This document shows positions 29,012 to 39,986 of a DNA stretch of 55,593 bases, piece after piece (position 1 is the stretch's first letter; each line of letters starts with the position of its first letter). The notes beneath the pieces are model-generated. The model had not been told where the DNA came from. It did no database searches and saw only the letters and a program-made list of their open reading frames with translations. Origin of the DNA: an uncultured Thermoplasmatales archaeon (GTDB lineage: Archaea > Thermoplasmatota > E2 > DHVEG-1); contig CAZTFR010000003.1 in the NCBI GenBank assembly GCA_964612945.1, positions 842 through 56,434 of the forward strand, written 5' to 3'. Both the position numbers and the translations under genes were made by a program.

Positions 29012-30226
29012 ATGAGAGATCTCAATCGACTATATTCAGATAGGGCCGGAAAAATGCGGAAATCTGAAATCCGCGAATTACTCAAAGTAGCCCAGGATCC
29101 AGAGATTATCTCCTTTGCCGGAGGACTTCCCAATCCCAACTCTTTTCCTATTAAGGATTTGCAAAATATCGTTCAAAATGTTCTGGAACGTCATGGTAAG
29201 ATAGCACTTCAGTATGGAACCACACAAGGTTTGGAAAGTCTCCGTGAAGCAATCGCTGATCGCGCGAAAAAAGACGGTGTTGAGTGTACTGAAGAAAATA
29301 TCATTATCATGAGCGGCTCTCAACAAGCACTTGATACCGTGGGAAAAATCTTTCTCAACCCGGGGGATACTCCCCTAGTTGGGCTTCCTACGTATCTTGG
29401 GGGTATCAATGCGTTTCGTAGCTACGAAGCAAATCTGACTGGTATCTCAGTTGATAAAGACGGCATGATTATTGATCTTTTAGAGGAAAAAATCAAACAG
29501 CTTCTCTCTGAAGATATCATTCCAAAATTCATCTACACGGTTCCCACCTTCCAAAATCCGGCAGGTGTTGTTATGCCGGAGAGCAGAAGGAAAAAACTCA
29601 TCGATATCAGCAACGAATATGATTTAGTCATCATCGAAGATGACCCCTATGGCAAGTTAAAATTCACCTCTGAACAGATCAAGCCCCTTAAGGCCTATGA
29701 TGACATTGGAAACGTCATTTATATGTCCACGTTTTCAAAGATACTTTCACCTGGATTTCGTCTTGCCTGGACTATTGCATCTGAAGAGCTCACTCGAAAA
29801 ATGATTATCTGCAAGCAAGCCCTTGATTTATGCACCAACACGTTCACCCAATATATCGCAAAAGAATTTATGACCAGTGGATCCCTTGATCTTCACATAC
29901 TCAAAATTTGTGAGATGTACAAACCCAAACGAGACATCATGATGAATGCGATGGAACAATACTTCCCTGATGGCTATCAATGCAACCAACCCAACGGCGG
30001 AATGTTTGCCTGGGTCAGTCTCCCCGAAGGAATCGACACAGAAATTATGTTTCTTGATGCCTTAAAAGAAAAGGTTGCATATGTCCATGGGAAGGCATTC
30101 TGTGTAGATGGAACCGGTGGTCGATCAATGCGACTGAACTTTTCCTACTCCAGTAATGAACAAATTGATGAAGGAATGCAGCGGCTGGGCAGAGTGATCG
30201 AGAAGAAACTGAAAGTCATATGCTAA
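29012..30226 (+). CDS. PLP-dependent class I/II aminotransferase (aromatic/2-aminoadipate, LysN-like)
   Basis: ISFAGGLP, LQYG.T.G, GSQQALD, FQNPAG, EDDPY, TFSKILSPG.RL, MRLNFS. Confidence 0.93.
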   Translation: MRDLNRLYSDRAGKMRKSEIRELLKVAQDPEIISFAGGLPNPNSFPIKDLQNIVQNVLERHGKIALQYGTTQGLESLREAIADRAKKDGVECTEENIIIMSGSQQALDTVGKIFLNPGDTPLVGLPTYLGGINAFRSYEANLTGISVDKDGMIIDLLEEKIKQLLSEDIIPKFIYTVPTFQNPAGVVMPESRRKKLIDISNEYDLVIIEDDPYGKLKFTSEQIKPLKAYDDIGNVIYMSTFSKILSPGFRLAWTIASEELTRKMIICKQALDLCTNTFTQYIAKEFMTSGSLDLHILKICEMYKPKRDIMMNAMEQYFPDGYQCNQPNGGMFAWVSLPEGIDTEIMFLDALKEKVAYVHGKAFCVDGTGGRSMRLNFSYSSNEQIDEGMQRLGRVIEKKLKVIC

Positions 30227-31785
30227 CAAAGCCATTTCTGATCTGCATACTTGTTCTGATGCCTGTTCTTTTTTTCCCAGGATGTATGTTTTTTCCCAAT
30301 GCAGAATTTAACTTTCTCTCATCGACAGTTATCTCAGAAGATGATTTTCCCCTTCTTCAACTCCGTTTTTCTGCAACGAACACTATCACCCTTGAATGCG
30401 TCTCATCCGCTAATGAACTTCTTTACTCAAAAGAATTTTTCAAAGGAACACATACCGCCCACTTGCCCCTCGAGAGATGTCGGCACACTCCGATTCCAGG
30501 CTCCTATTATGTTGCAGCCTATGACTCTGCGGATCATGTAATTTTTGAAAATGAAATGGATTTTTCAGGGGGCAATCTGGAAATTTTATCTGTTTCCGAA
30601 CAGTGGTGGCAAGATAAAATCTCTTATTGCATTGTCGGTCTGACGCTCTCGGTTCGAAACAAGGGAGATCTGCCGGTCTACCCCCGTACCCTCAATGGAT
30701 CAGTAGAGGACGTGTCCTTTTCCGAACCTGTTCTTCCCACTGCAATACTCCCTCTACAAACAAAATCAGTCACTGCGTTTGTCTACCTTCCAGACATTCA
30801 ATCAGATACCCCGCAGCTCACCGTATCTCTTACAAGTTCTGATCCCACGCATTCTGCATCAAAAATTGTCACACTTCAAAGACCAGATCCGATTTCTCTG
30901 GGAAACCTGTACCAATGGCAACAAAAAGGGTCATACACGCTTCGACTCCCTGAAGTTCCTGATCTCTATCAGTATTATCAGCGTCTTGAACGATTACCAC
31001 TTCAGGATTACGCATCATACAGCTTTGCCTCCTCTGATGACACCTACATCGGTCTTGTTGCAGATAGGGTCGATCAATTATTTAATGAAAACGATGAGGT
31101 ACAACGTCTCAATCACATCGCAGGATTTGTCCAACATCTCCCCTATAGCGCAGACGATGAAGAAGATGAAACCTATGAATATCCACGCTATCCTGTTGAA
31201 ATGCTCGTCGACAAACGTGGTGACTGTGAAGACAAAGCAATTCTTGCAGTTTCTCTGCTGGATCATCTTGGCTATGAAACCGCATTACTTCGCCTGCCCA
31301 ATCATATGGCCGTCGGCGTTCAATTTGATACACCGCTTCAGGGATATTCAACGTATGCCGAAGACTACTATTTTCTTGAAACCACCCGGGCAAGCTGGCC
31401 GGTGGGAAAAATCCCCGATGAATACCAGCAAGTCACCAATATCACCGTATATCCCATCACGCAGCGACCTGTACTGATTCATCAATGGAACAATGCCACC
31501 CGCTACCGCGCAAGCGATGGCACCGACTATGTCGACGTCGATGTTCAAGTTGAAAACTATGGAAGCAGCATTGCACATGATGTCCTGCTCAAAGGCCTTT
31601 TTGTCCACAACACCTTATCATTCAACATCCAAACGGTCATCCTTGATTCCATACCTTCAGAGGGTCGTATCCGAGAGACCATTCGAGTGCATGTCCCAAC
31701 GCATTCTTCGACACTGCTGAAAACCCAGCTTCTCCTTAATAACGAGGTTGTTCATGAAAAAGAATCAGAAGATAGCTTCCCATAA
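30220..31785 (+). CDS. Lipoprotein with transglutaminase-like (Cys-His-Glu/Asp) domain
   Basis: Lipobox-like FFPGC, FVQ.LPY, YPRYP.E.L....GDCEDK, HMAVG, Y.FLETT. Confidence 0.8.
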   Translation: MLTKPFLICILVLMPVLFFPGCMFFPNAEFNFLSSTVISEDDFPLLQLRFSATNTITLECVSSANELLYSKEFFKGTHTAHLPLERCRHTPIPGSYYVAAYDSADHVIFENEMDFSGGNLEILSVSEQWWQDKISYCIVGLTLSVRNKGDLPVYPRTLNGSVEDVSFSEPVLPTAILPLQTKSVTAFVYLPDIQSDTPQLTVSLTSSDPTHSASKIVTLQRPDPISLGNLYQWQQKGSYTLRLPEVPDLYQYYQRLERLPLQDYASYSFASSDDTYIGLVADRVDQLFNENDEVQRLNHIAGFVQHLPYSADDEEDETYEYPRYPVEMLVDKRGDCEDKAILAVSLLDHLGYETALLRLPNHMAVGVQFDTPLQGYSTYAEDYYFLETTRASWPVGKIPDEYQQVTNITVYPITQRPVLIHQWNNATRYRASDGTDYVDVDVQVENYGSSIAHDVLLKGLFVHNTLSFNIQTVILDSIPSEGRIRETIRVHVPTHSSTLLKTQLLLNNEVVHEKESEDSFP

Positions 31786-31863
31786 CAATCTTCTATTATT
31801 TGAAATGATAAACGGGAAGATATACTACGATTGAGACCTCATACTTCTTGATATCACAAACCT

Positions 31864-31870
31864 TTTTATA
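31864..31870 (+). promoter_or_regulatory. TATA box of RNase P RNA gene
   Basis: TTTTATA with an A-rich BRE-like segment, ~30 nt before P1. Confidence 0.55.
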
Positions 31871-31898
31871 CGACTCTTCACCTATTCTAAACCTGTAC

Positions 31899-32214
31899 TG
31901 CTGGGCGTAAGTGAACGGTTGACGGTAGATATCAGCTGATGATATCTGCTGAGGAAACTCCCCTCTCGCTCTGAATCAGGATCCCGTGCAAGCGGGTAAG
32001 GTGAGAATCTTAGCAGAGGCGCAGAAACGACACAGCCCAAGGATTATGCGATGATTCACCTGGTGATGAGGTCTCCTATGGGATTTGATGAAACGGCCAA
32101 TCTGCTCCTGGAGCAAGTCCAAATGTCAGGATCAGTTATTCAGACTGCTTGAAGGTAGGACGCATTAGACAAATACCGTTAAAACAGAAAGGGGGTTACG
32201 ACTTACACCCAGCA
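31899..32214 (+). ncRNA. rnpB: Archaeal RNase P RNA
   Basis: P4 elements GAGGAAACTCCCC and AACAGAAAGGGGGTTA, P1 GCTGGGCGTAAGT/ACTTACACCCAGC, CAGAAAC, TGAAACGGC and GAGCAAG conserved regions. Confidence 0.93.
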
Positions 32215-33426
32215 ACTATCAAATTTATAGGGCTCTTTTGCAGGAAACAAATCAATACTTACGGGCATATGTAACTGTGGAATTTTCTCTATAGGCATTC
32301 CGTAGATTGCTTTTGGAAAGAAAAAAAACAGTGGCTTTTTCAACCCAATCCAATCACAGTAGTAATTTTTATACCACATACTAAACAGAGATTGATGTTC
32401 ATTTCCGCTCACATTTGTTGCAAGGATATTATTTCTCGTCACCACATTTGCATTTGACCACCACTCAATTTGAACTCCACAAAACGTACCAGCTATCGTG
32501 TTATATTGAATGAGATTTCTATTTGAATTATAGTCGATGACAATCCCGCGATGATAGTTATTAGATACATTATTACATACAAAGCGATTCCTATTTGACT
32601 GCAACGTCCAAATTGCAAGGCTGTTATTAGAAAGAGCACACCGTTCTATGACACACCCGTTGCAGAAGGCAAGCACAAGCCCCCAATCTGTTTGTGAAAT
32701 CGAAGAATTCTTAATCGTTACGTTTGTACAATTCACCATCAGTACTTGCCCCATCTCACAGCTATCAAAGACCTGGTCTTTTTCATTACAAATATAGTAG
32801 AAGGGTCTTCCATTCACCAGATTATTTTCAATGTGATGCTGGAAATATGCAGGTTTCAGCTCCGGCCGTCCATCATTTTCATACACAGTAAATCCAATAC
32901 CATCTTCGATAAAACTGTTATTGTTTATCGTAAGATTGGTAACTCTCACACCGGAGATTCCCAGATTGTTACGTTTAAAGATATTATTACAAATTTGGTT
33001 ATGTGAACCAGTGATTCGTATTCCTGCTCGAAAGAAATTACTGAACTCATCTGTATCAAACCCGCCGCCTGTGATAGTAAACTGATGAATACTTGCCTGC
33101 TCGGAAGATAACGTTATCGTGCATCCTTCTTGGTTCCCATCAATAATCGTCGAATTCCTATCCTCACCAACAAGCTTCACACTCTTTGATACAACAATAT
33201 TTTCCCGGTATATTCCATGAAAAACATACACGCAATCTCCATCAGAGGCTGCATCAAGAGCCTCCTGGATGGCGGTATAGTTACCCGGTCCACTGCCGCC
33301 AACATAAAACATATCACCCGTGGAACCAAAAACTACCTGATTACAAACATTGAATCCTGTTGCTCCCAGTGTGTAACCAGAGACAAAAAAAATACTTAGA
33401 ATACCTATTACAAGAATTTTCCTCAT
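32203..33426 (-). CDS. Secreted right-handed parallel beta-helix (NosD-like) protein
   Basis: Signal peptide, YVGGSGPGNYT.IQ.A.D.A..GD...V..G.Y.EN, Asn-ladder repeats. Start at MRKIL. Confidence 0.85.
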   Translation of the reverse strand: MRKILVIGILSIFFVSGYTLGATGFNVCNQVVFGSTGDMFYVGGSGPGNYTAIQEALDAASDGDCVYVFHGIYRENIVVSKSVKLVGEDRNSTIIDGNQEGCTITLSSEQASIHQFTITGGGFDTDEFSNFFRAGIRITGSHNQICNNIFKRNNLGISGVRVTNLTINNNSFIEDGIGFTVYENDGRPELKPAYFQHHIENNLVNGRPFYYICNEKDQVFDSCEMGQVLMVNCTNVTIKNSSISQTDWGLVLAFCNGCVIERCALSNNSLAIWTLQSNRNRFVCNNVSNNYHRGIVIDYNSNRNLIQYNTIAGTFCGVQIEWWSNANVVTRNNILATNVSGNEHQSLFSMWYKNYYCDWIGLKKPLFFFFPKAIYGMPIEKIPQLHMPVSIDLFPAKEPYKFDSCWV

Positions 33427-33543
33427 AGTTGTACCTGAAGCACCGCAAGTATTAATATTTAATGTTATAGAATATATTAAATTTATGGAGTTCAACAATT
33501 TTGTTCGGCTCGGTTTTTAAAAAGATAAAAAATATAGCACAAA

Positions 33544-34998
33544 CTATGCAAACTTCGCCTCATATTTCTCAACAGTATCAGTTTTTTTTTGGTGTTGGAA
33601 ATCGTGTCCCAGCCAACAATATAAACAGAGTTTTTCCCGGGGAAGACCAATGGCTTTAATCATGTCATCAATCCGTTGGTAGCGAAGTGAGCTTACTCCA
33701 AGGTCATGGGCAATCCAATCAACCATTTGTTTGTATTGTTCTGAATCAAAATCAAGATAGGGGGTTACATCTGCATTCTTTTTGCCCTCTAAATCATCAA
33801 TTGCTCTGCGGGCTGCAAGTTCATCAACACTTCTCGTGGAGAGATTATAAATACAGGGAAACATCAACGGTGGACACGCCGGACGCACATGAATCTCCTT
33901 GGCACCAGCATCCTTTAACTTAGTGATTGTATAATTCTTCAACTGCGTGCCACGGACAATCGAGTCTTCACATAAAATAATACGATTATCTTTGATGATT
34001 TGTTCATTTGCAATCAATTTCATCAACGCAATACGATCACGGATCTGCTGAGAGAGTGGCAGATAACTACGACCATACCCTGGTGTATACTTAATGAGCA
34101 CCCGTCGGTAGGGGCTTTTTGATTCCATAGCATACCCAATGGCATGAGCGGTCCCTGAATCAGGTACTCCAGCGACAACATCAACATCGACATCGTCTCG
34201 TTTTGCAAGAAACCGACCGCAATTCTCCCGAACCTGCTCTACATTGATTCCCTCGTAAGTTGAGGTGGGAAATCCGGTATAAATCCATAGAAAAGCACAG
34301 ATCTTTTTCTCAGGGTACCCTGCCTTCTGTGCATGTACTGCATGCTTGCCGATCCGAACAATTTCACCTGGCTGAACAAATTTTTCAATAGAATAATGAA
34401 GATTGGGAAAGGCACAACTCTCTGATGCCACGGCGTAGCTACCGTTTTTCTTACCAATCACCAAGGGGGATACGCCATATCGATCCCGCGCAGCATAGAG
34501 GCTGTTTTGTGTCAGTAAGAGAAGCGAGATGGATCCTTTGATTTGATCCTGCATGTACTCAATACCAGAGATGATATCTGATCCCTGAATAATGAGATGA
34601 GCCACAAGCTCTGTGGTGTTAATATCTCCCTGACCAATTTCGCTAAAGGAGTGGCCATCAGCGATCAACATCTCTGCAATCTCAGCGGTATTAGTAACAT
34701 AGCCTGCAGTACACAAGGCAAAGGACCCAAATTTGCTTTCAAATGTTAGCGGCTGCGGATCTTTATCTGATATAACACCGATGCCGGCGGTACTCTTAAT
34801 TTGATTAGAACCCTCATAAAACTTTGATTTAAACTGTGAGTTTGCAATGCTATGGATTTTTTTTATTGGTTTTTTTGCGTTTTTTTCAAAAAAAGCGATG
34901 CCGCCGTATTCTGTTCCAAGATGACTGTGATAATCCGTTCCATAGTACAAATCTGAAATACAGTTGTTTTTTCCAATGACACCGAAAACGCCACTCAT
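33544..34998 (-). CDS. purF: Amidophosphoribosyltransferase (PurF-like) with N-terminal Ser instead of Cys
   Basis: ARDRYG..PL, ASESCA, GVPDSG, EDSIVRGT PRPP motif, Fe-S cysteines (CAF, PC, CLYC). Start MSGVFG after GGGGAGG. Confidence 0.88.
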   Translation of the reverse strand: MSGVFGVIGKNNCISDLYYGTDYHSHLGTEYGGIAFFEKNAKKPIKKIHSIANSQFKSKFYEGSNQIKSTAGIGVISDKDPQPLTFESKFGSFALCTAGYVTNTAEIAEMLIADGHSFSEIGQGDINTTELVAHLIIQGSDIISGIEYMQDQIKGSISLLLLTQNSLYAARDRYGVSPLVIGKKNGSYAVASESCAFPNLHYSIEKFVQPGEIVRIGKHAVHAQKAGYPEKKICAFLWIYTGFPTSTYEGINVEQVRENCGRFLAKRDDVDVDVVAGVPDSGTAHAIGYAMESKSPYRRVLIKYTPGYGRSYLPLSQQIRDRIALMKLIANEQIIKDNRIILCEDSIVRGTQLKNYTITKLKDAGAKEIHVRPACPPLMFPCIYNLSTRSVDELAARRAIDDLEGKKNADVTPYLDFDSEQYKQMVDWIAHDLGVSSLRYQRIDDMIKAIGLPREKLCLYCWLGHDFQHQKKTDTVEKYEAKFA

Positions 34999-35122
34999 TG
35001 TTGCCTCCCCATGCAATGACGTATAGACGTTTCGTTTTTAATCATTGTTAAAAAAAAATTGTTGATGATGCAGGTGAGCTGCTCATTTGTATACTCTATC
35101 TGCTATGGTTGTTGGGTTTTGT

Positions 35123-38100
35123 TTACGAAAGAGAAGAGAGGCTGGAAACGGTTTTTTTTATTTGTTGTATCGTGCTGCAAACTCGGTAGAGAAGAGATTG
35201 TTGGTATGATTGGTTGTGTGAGAGGGAGGGTAGAATGGTGATGGTTTGTTCGGTCCAGTTGCTTTCAGCATCATAGATGTCTTTTCCTAAAATTCGTATG
35301 GTGTATCGCCCAAGTCGATTGTAGCTGTGGTTTACTGTGATCGTACTGCTGTTGTAGGGGCCGATCCATCCACTGGTTTGTCCGTCTCCCCAGTCGATGA
35401 GAAGAAAGATGTGATGTCCTTCCGGATCAGTAGTGGTAATGTCAAAGTCGATACTTCGTCGAGCTTTTCCCACCCGTGGTCCATTTATGCTGGGGTCGTG
35501 TGGTTGGCTGTTGGTGACCTCAAGTGAGTGGTAGCTTTTTTCGCTTATGGTCTCATACTCGTCTTTGACTTGAGCAGAAAGACGATAGGTTGTTGGTTCT
35601 GACCACCGGTGAGTTATGATGATTTCCTCTCCGGATTGGTAGGGTCCGATCCATTCCTCGGTAGTTCCATCATCCCAATCTATGTAATAGTAGAGTTCGT
35701 TTCCATCGGAATCAGTTGATGTGAAGGTGAAGCTTGTTGCTTGTTCGGAAGAAATTTCGTTGGGTCCAGTGATCACAGGTGTACTTGGGGTGTCACTGAC
35801 CATGGAGACAAAATACGTACCGGGTAGGCTTTCGATGCCGTTGGTGTCTTTTGTGACCACCGATAAGATCAGCTCTCTACTGATTTGCCAGGTGTGTGAA
35901 ACATCAATCGGCTTTCCGGATGGGTAGGGTCCAAGCCAGTTGCTTATGGTACCATCTTTCCAGTTGATTTGGTAGTAGAGATCATCGTTTTCTGCATCGG
36001 TTGCCTGGATGGTAAAGGTATGCTGTTCTCCTGGTTTTCCAGAGGAGGGCCCAGTGATAATAGGTACGGAGGGGATGAGTCCATCGAATTCACCGATGAG
36101 TATTTCTTGTGGATGCCATCCAACCGGTGTGCTGAGAATGGAGGAAAAGTCACCGGTTCCTTCTCCATAGAAGATATGTATGAGATCATCATCGTAATCA
36201 GAGCAGACAACATCATTGTGTCCGTCGTGGTTAAGGTCCGCTGATGTAACACGAGAGGTTTCTTGGCTTGCTACAAATTCTTCTGATGGTTCAAAGCTAC
36301 CATCTGCTCGTCCTAGTAAAACACTCAGTGATCGATCCCATCTTCCACGAATGCCGACGATGAGATCAAGCAGGCCGTCTTCGTTAAGATCGGTCGTACT
36401 GAGATCTCGGGGGAACCAGCCAACGGGGTAATCTGCCCGATCGTCAAAACTGCCGGTTCCATCTCCATACAGAACGCTTACACAATCTTCCAAATATGAG
36501 GTGAGAGCAAGATCGATATAGGTGTCTTGGTTGAAATCTCCCCGGACTACCGCCGTGGGTCGTTGTGCGGTTGAAAAGGATTGTTGACTACGAAAACCAT
36601 TATCTCCATCTGAAAGAAGAATTCCAACGGTAGAATCGCCATAGTTGACCACGGCGATATCTTCATAGCCGTCACAATTGAAATCATAGGATGTCATATC
36701 TTCTATCATATTGCCCACTGTATATCTTTTGGAATCAAAATTGAGTCCACCGGAACCATTGTTCCAGGCGATTGCAAGAGTGTCTCTGAAATAATCAATA
36801 GCAGCGATATCTATGCTTCCATCTGCGTTGAAATCGGCTGCATAAATCCGACCAGGCCAAACATCAGTTGTTTCATAACTATATTCTATCATATCTGGAA
36901 AGCTACCCGTGCCATCTCCCGTGAAAATCCGAATTTCATAGCGGGTTGCAAATGCGATATCTAGATATTGATCACCGTTGAAATCAGCTTTGACAACATT
37001 ATAGGCGCTTCGGGAATCTCCCCAATCGTTTTTAATCTGGGTTTGAAATCCACCTGTTCCATCACCCAGCAGGACACTGACGTCATTGTCACGGTTGTTT
37101 ACCACAATAAGATCACTTTCGCCATCGTTATTATAATCACCGGCAACAATGCCATCTGGTCGGTATCCAACCTTGTATTCATAGGGTTCAGAAAACGTTC
37201 GATTGCCAAGGCCATAGATAACATCGATATGGGCGAAATAATAGTTATGAGTGACTGCAACATCCATAAGACCGTCCTTGTTAAAATCAACGGTGACAAG
37301 ATCATCGTTATAGACAGCATACGTTTGAATGCTCAACCGTTCCTTATAATCAAAATCACCAGTGCCATCATTAAACAAGATGTTGACAACGCCATCTCCC
37401 CAGTAACGCACACCGCAAGAGACCGCTAGATCAAGATTACCATCATTGTCAAAATCTGCAGATTTCATTTGTTGCACGTATTGATCAGAATCAGTTGATG
37501 CCGAACCATATTCATCAGCTCGATCACTAAAGACACCGCTACCATCTCCAAAAAAGACGTATACTGCATCACTGTAGTACATTAGAATTACTATATCAAC
37601 AACATTGTCATTGTTGAAGTCATCAATGATCACGTCACGTGGATATAGATTTCTATACGAACTCACGTTGTAGTCTGTGCGATTAAATGTGATTCCATCT
37701 CCTTTATTGAGATAGACGCTGTATTCTTTATCCATATCGTAGTAGTTTGCAACAACAATATCCATATAGCCATCATAGTTCAGATCACCTGATGCTATAC
37801 CCCACGGAAATATGCCGGTTGCTAGATTGATTTGACTATCAAATACTCCAGCGCCATCATTATAAAGAATCGTAAGATTGTTATCATCGGCATTTGAAAC
37901 GATTATATCTAGAGATCCATCACTGTTGATATCAGTTGTAATGATTTCTTGGCTGTTACATCCGATATCATAGTCCTTACGGTTAGTAAAGTCACCTTTT
38001 CCATCTCCGAAAAGAACGTTTACCTGCCTGTCGATGATATTGTTTACAGCAATATCCATGTTTCCATCGGTGTTGAAATCTCCCTGAGCAATGTCCTGTG

Positions 38101-39757
38101 GTCTTGTGCCCGTGGGAAAATCTTTTCGGTTTTGCACTCCATCAGGACCTCTACCAAGGATGGTGTTGATATCTCGTGACCACGATCCTTCAACAGCGAT
38201 ATCAAGATTCTGAGAGGAATCCCTATCTGTAGGTGCAACAGTTGTTGATTGCTCTGAAGGAGCAACTGGTTGCTGTTTGAAAGCTGAAGGATGTTTATGT
38301 ATTTCCGTTTCTCTTTTTTCTGACAGGAAAGGAGTTATATGTTCATATTCCTCTTGATAGGGGCTGATGAGCTCTCGATCGTTTTGATTCAACGTAGACA
38401 GGGAATTCTGCGAGTCTGCATTGATAGTTTGATGATGCATTCTCTCATGGTTATTTTGACCATTGTTGGTTGCCTGCATGGTGCTGTTTCCAAACTCTCC
38501 AGATGTTATGCCAAAGCAGCCTTGACCTGCACCTATATTTTGCGGATGTTCAAAATATGCATCTCCCTTACCAAGATATATTTTGATATAGCCCTCAGGC
38601 TGTGTTGCGGCAATATCAAGATTGCCATCCATATTGTAATCATCAATCATTAGATCTAGTCCGCCACCATTGATTCGATGATGACTGGAGAAACTTCCTG
38701 TGCCATCGCCGAGGAGAAACTCAAAAAAACCAGCTGAGATGCCGACAAGAAGATCATTGTTTCCGTCGTTGTTAAAATCCCCTGTTTCAATTAAACCAGG
38801 GTTAAACGAGACTGGATAATCGATACGATCCGGAAAGTTCCCTTCTCCATCGCCATATAACACGCTAACATCTCGATCGTAGGTGTTGGTGGTGGCGATA
38901 TCTATATTTCCATCGTTGTTGTAATCACCCGCGGTAATATCCAAATTTCCAAAGGACATAAATCCTGCACCATATCCATACCCAACGTTGAAGATTCGTG
39001 GTATTTCAAAATTGCCGGTTCCATCACCAAGACAGACGCTGATAACATGATCTAGCATATAGAAAAAGTCGCTATCTTTATTGAAACAAAAGGCAAGGTC
39101 CATATTGCCGTCATTGTTGAAATCTTCAGCGACCATATTATAAGGATATTTGTTATTGTATGGTGCGATGTTGACGGTGTTTCTGGATCGTATGAGAAAG
39201 GTTCCATTTCCATCTGCTTTATTGAGCATAACGTAGAACTGAAGACCAAATGTACCTGTAAATACAAGATCAGGATAGCCGTCATTGTTGAAATCCTCAC
39301 ATAGTATACGATTTGGTCGACAGGGTTTTGCGGTGTAATTTTCAATATTTTTAAAACCCCCGTTTCCATCCGCAAGAAAGATGCTAATTTTTCTGATATA
39401 ATTACCGGTCTCAGGGGTGTAGGTGGTTACCGCGTAATCATCCAGACCATCTTGATTGAAATCTCCACTGGCGATATCAATGGATATATTTGCTTTTGTA
39501 ATCGGATAATCCGTTCGTTGTCCAAATGATCCTGAGTTATCATTGATAAGAATGCTGACGTCACGATCATCAGTGTTTACAATGGCAAGATCCGGTGCAT
39601 TATCATATCTTGATTGCCGTTGTTGAAGAGTGTTTTCTTCTTCGGAAACTGTTGGTGGATTTAAATCGGAGGTTACATTACTATCAGCACTACTTATACT
39701 TACTCCTATCATTAGAAGAGTTACCACTAGACTTAAAAATATATTTGCTAATTTCAT
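35123..39757 (-). CDS. Secreted FG-GAP/VCBS repeat beta-propeller protein with three C-terminal PKD domains
   Basis: Signal peptide, 19 D(F/Y/L/I)N.DG..D-type repeats, three P.I.GP...D.....Y.I.W.DG...W.GPY.S PKD-like units. Confidence 0.9.
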   Translation of the reverse strand: MKLANIFLSLVVTLLMIGVSISSADSNVTSDLNPPTVSEEENTLQQRQSRYDNAPDLAIVNTDDRDVSILINDNSGSFGQRTDYPITKANISIDIASGDFNQDGLDDYAVTTYTPETGNYIRKISIFLADGNGGFKNIENYTAKPCRPNRILCEDFNNDGYPDLVFTGTFGLQFYVMLNKADGNGTFLIRSRNTVNIAPYNNKYPYNMVAEDFNNDGNMDLAFCFNKDSDFFYMLDHVISVCLGDGTGNFEIPRIFNVGYGYGAGFMSFGNLDITAGDYNNDGNIDIATTNTYDRDVSVLYGDGEGNFPDRIDYPVSFNPGLIETGDFNNDGNNDLLVGISAGFFEFLLGDGTGSFSSHHRINGGGLDLMIDDYNMDGNLDIAATQPEGYIKIYLGKGDAYFEHPQNIGAGQGCFGITSGEFGNSTMQATNNGQNNHERMHHQTINADSQNSLSTLNQNDRELISPYQEEYEHITPFLSEKRETEIHKHPSAFKQQPVAPSEQSTTVAPTDRDSSQNLDIAVEGSWSRDINTILGRGPDGVQNRKDFPTGTRPQDIAQGDFNTDGNMDIAVNNIIDRQVNVLFGDGKGDFTNRKDYDIGCNSQEIITTDINSDGSLDIIVSNADDNNLTILYNDGAGVFDSQINLATGIFPWGIASGDLNYDGYMDIVVANYYDMDKEYSVYLNKGDGITFNRTDYNVSSYRNLYPRDVIIDDFNNDNVVDIVILMYYSDAVYVFFGDGSGVFSDRADEYGSASTDSDQYVQQMKSADFDNDGNLDLAVSCGVRYWGDGVVNILFNDGTGDFDYKERLSIQTYAVYNDDLVTVDFNKDGLMDVAVTHNYYFAHIDVIYGLGNRTFSEPYEYKVGYRPDGIVAGDYNNDGESDLIVVNNRDNDVSVLLGDGTGGFQTQIKNDWGDSRSAYNVVKADFNGDQYLDIAFATRYEIRIFTGDGTGSFPDMIEYSYETTDVWPGRIYAADFNADGSIDIAAIDYFRDTLAIAWNNGSGGLNFDSKRYTVGNMIEDMTSYDFNCDGYEDIAVVNYGDSTVGILLSDGDNGFRSQQSFSTAQRPTAVVRGDFNQDTYIDLALTSYLEDCVSVLYGDGTGSFDDRADYPVGWFPRDLSTTDLNEDGLLDLIVGIRGRWDRSLSVLLGRADGSFEPSEEFVASQETSRVTSADLNHDGHNDVVCSDYDDDLIHIFYGEGTGDFSSILSTPVGWHPQEILIGEFDGLIPSVPIITGPSSGKPGEQHTFTIQATDAENDDLYYQINWKDGTISNWLGPYPSGKPIDVSHTWQISRELILSVVTKDTNGIESLPGTYFVSMVSDTPSTPVITGPNEISSEQATSFTFTSTDSDGNELYYYIDWDDGTTEEWIGPYQSGEEIIITHRWSEPTTYRLSAQVKDEYETISEKSYHSLEVTNSQPHDPSINGPRVGKARRSIDFDITTTDPEGHHIFLLIDWGDGQTSGWIGPYNSSTITVNHSYNRLGRYTIRILGKDIYDAESNWTEQTITILPSLSHNQSYQQSLLYRVCSTIQQIKKTVSSLSSLS

Positions 39758-39986
39758 ACTTTTCTAAATCCCCTTACATAAATTTATTATATAACATTAA
39801 TATATATAATTATTTATAACTTATTTGGAATTTATCGAAATCGAAATAATGTAATAGCGTAATCTACTTGTGATAATGTGATACTACCAAGTACAAATAA
39901 ACAACAGTATAAATTATAGAGATTACAAACATTTAAATATTATTATTATTTATGATAACTATCATAAAAAGGGGGCATGCTAAGCC

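Noticed and set aside
35123-39757. Periodic repeats as a CRISPR or DNA repeat array
   Set aside because: The repeats are degenerate protein-level FG-GAP motifs inside one ORF. No identical DNA repeats with spacers were seen anywhere in the window.
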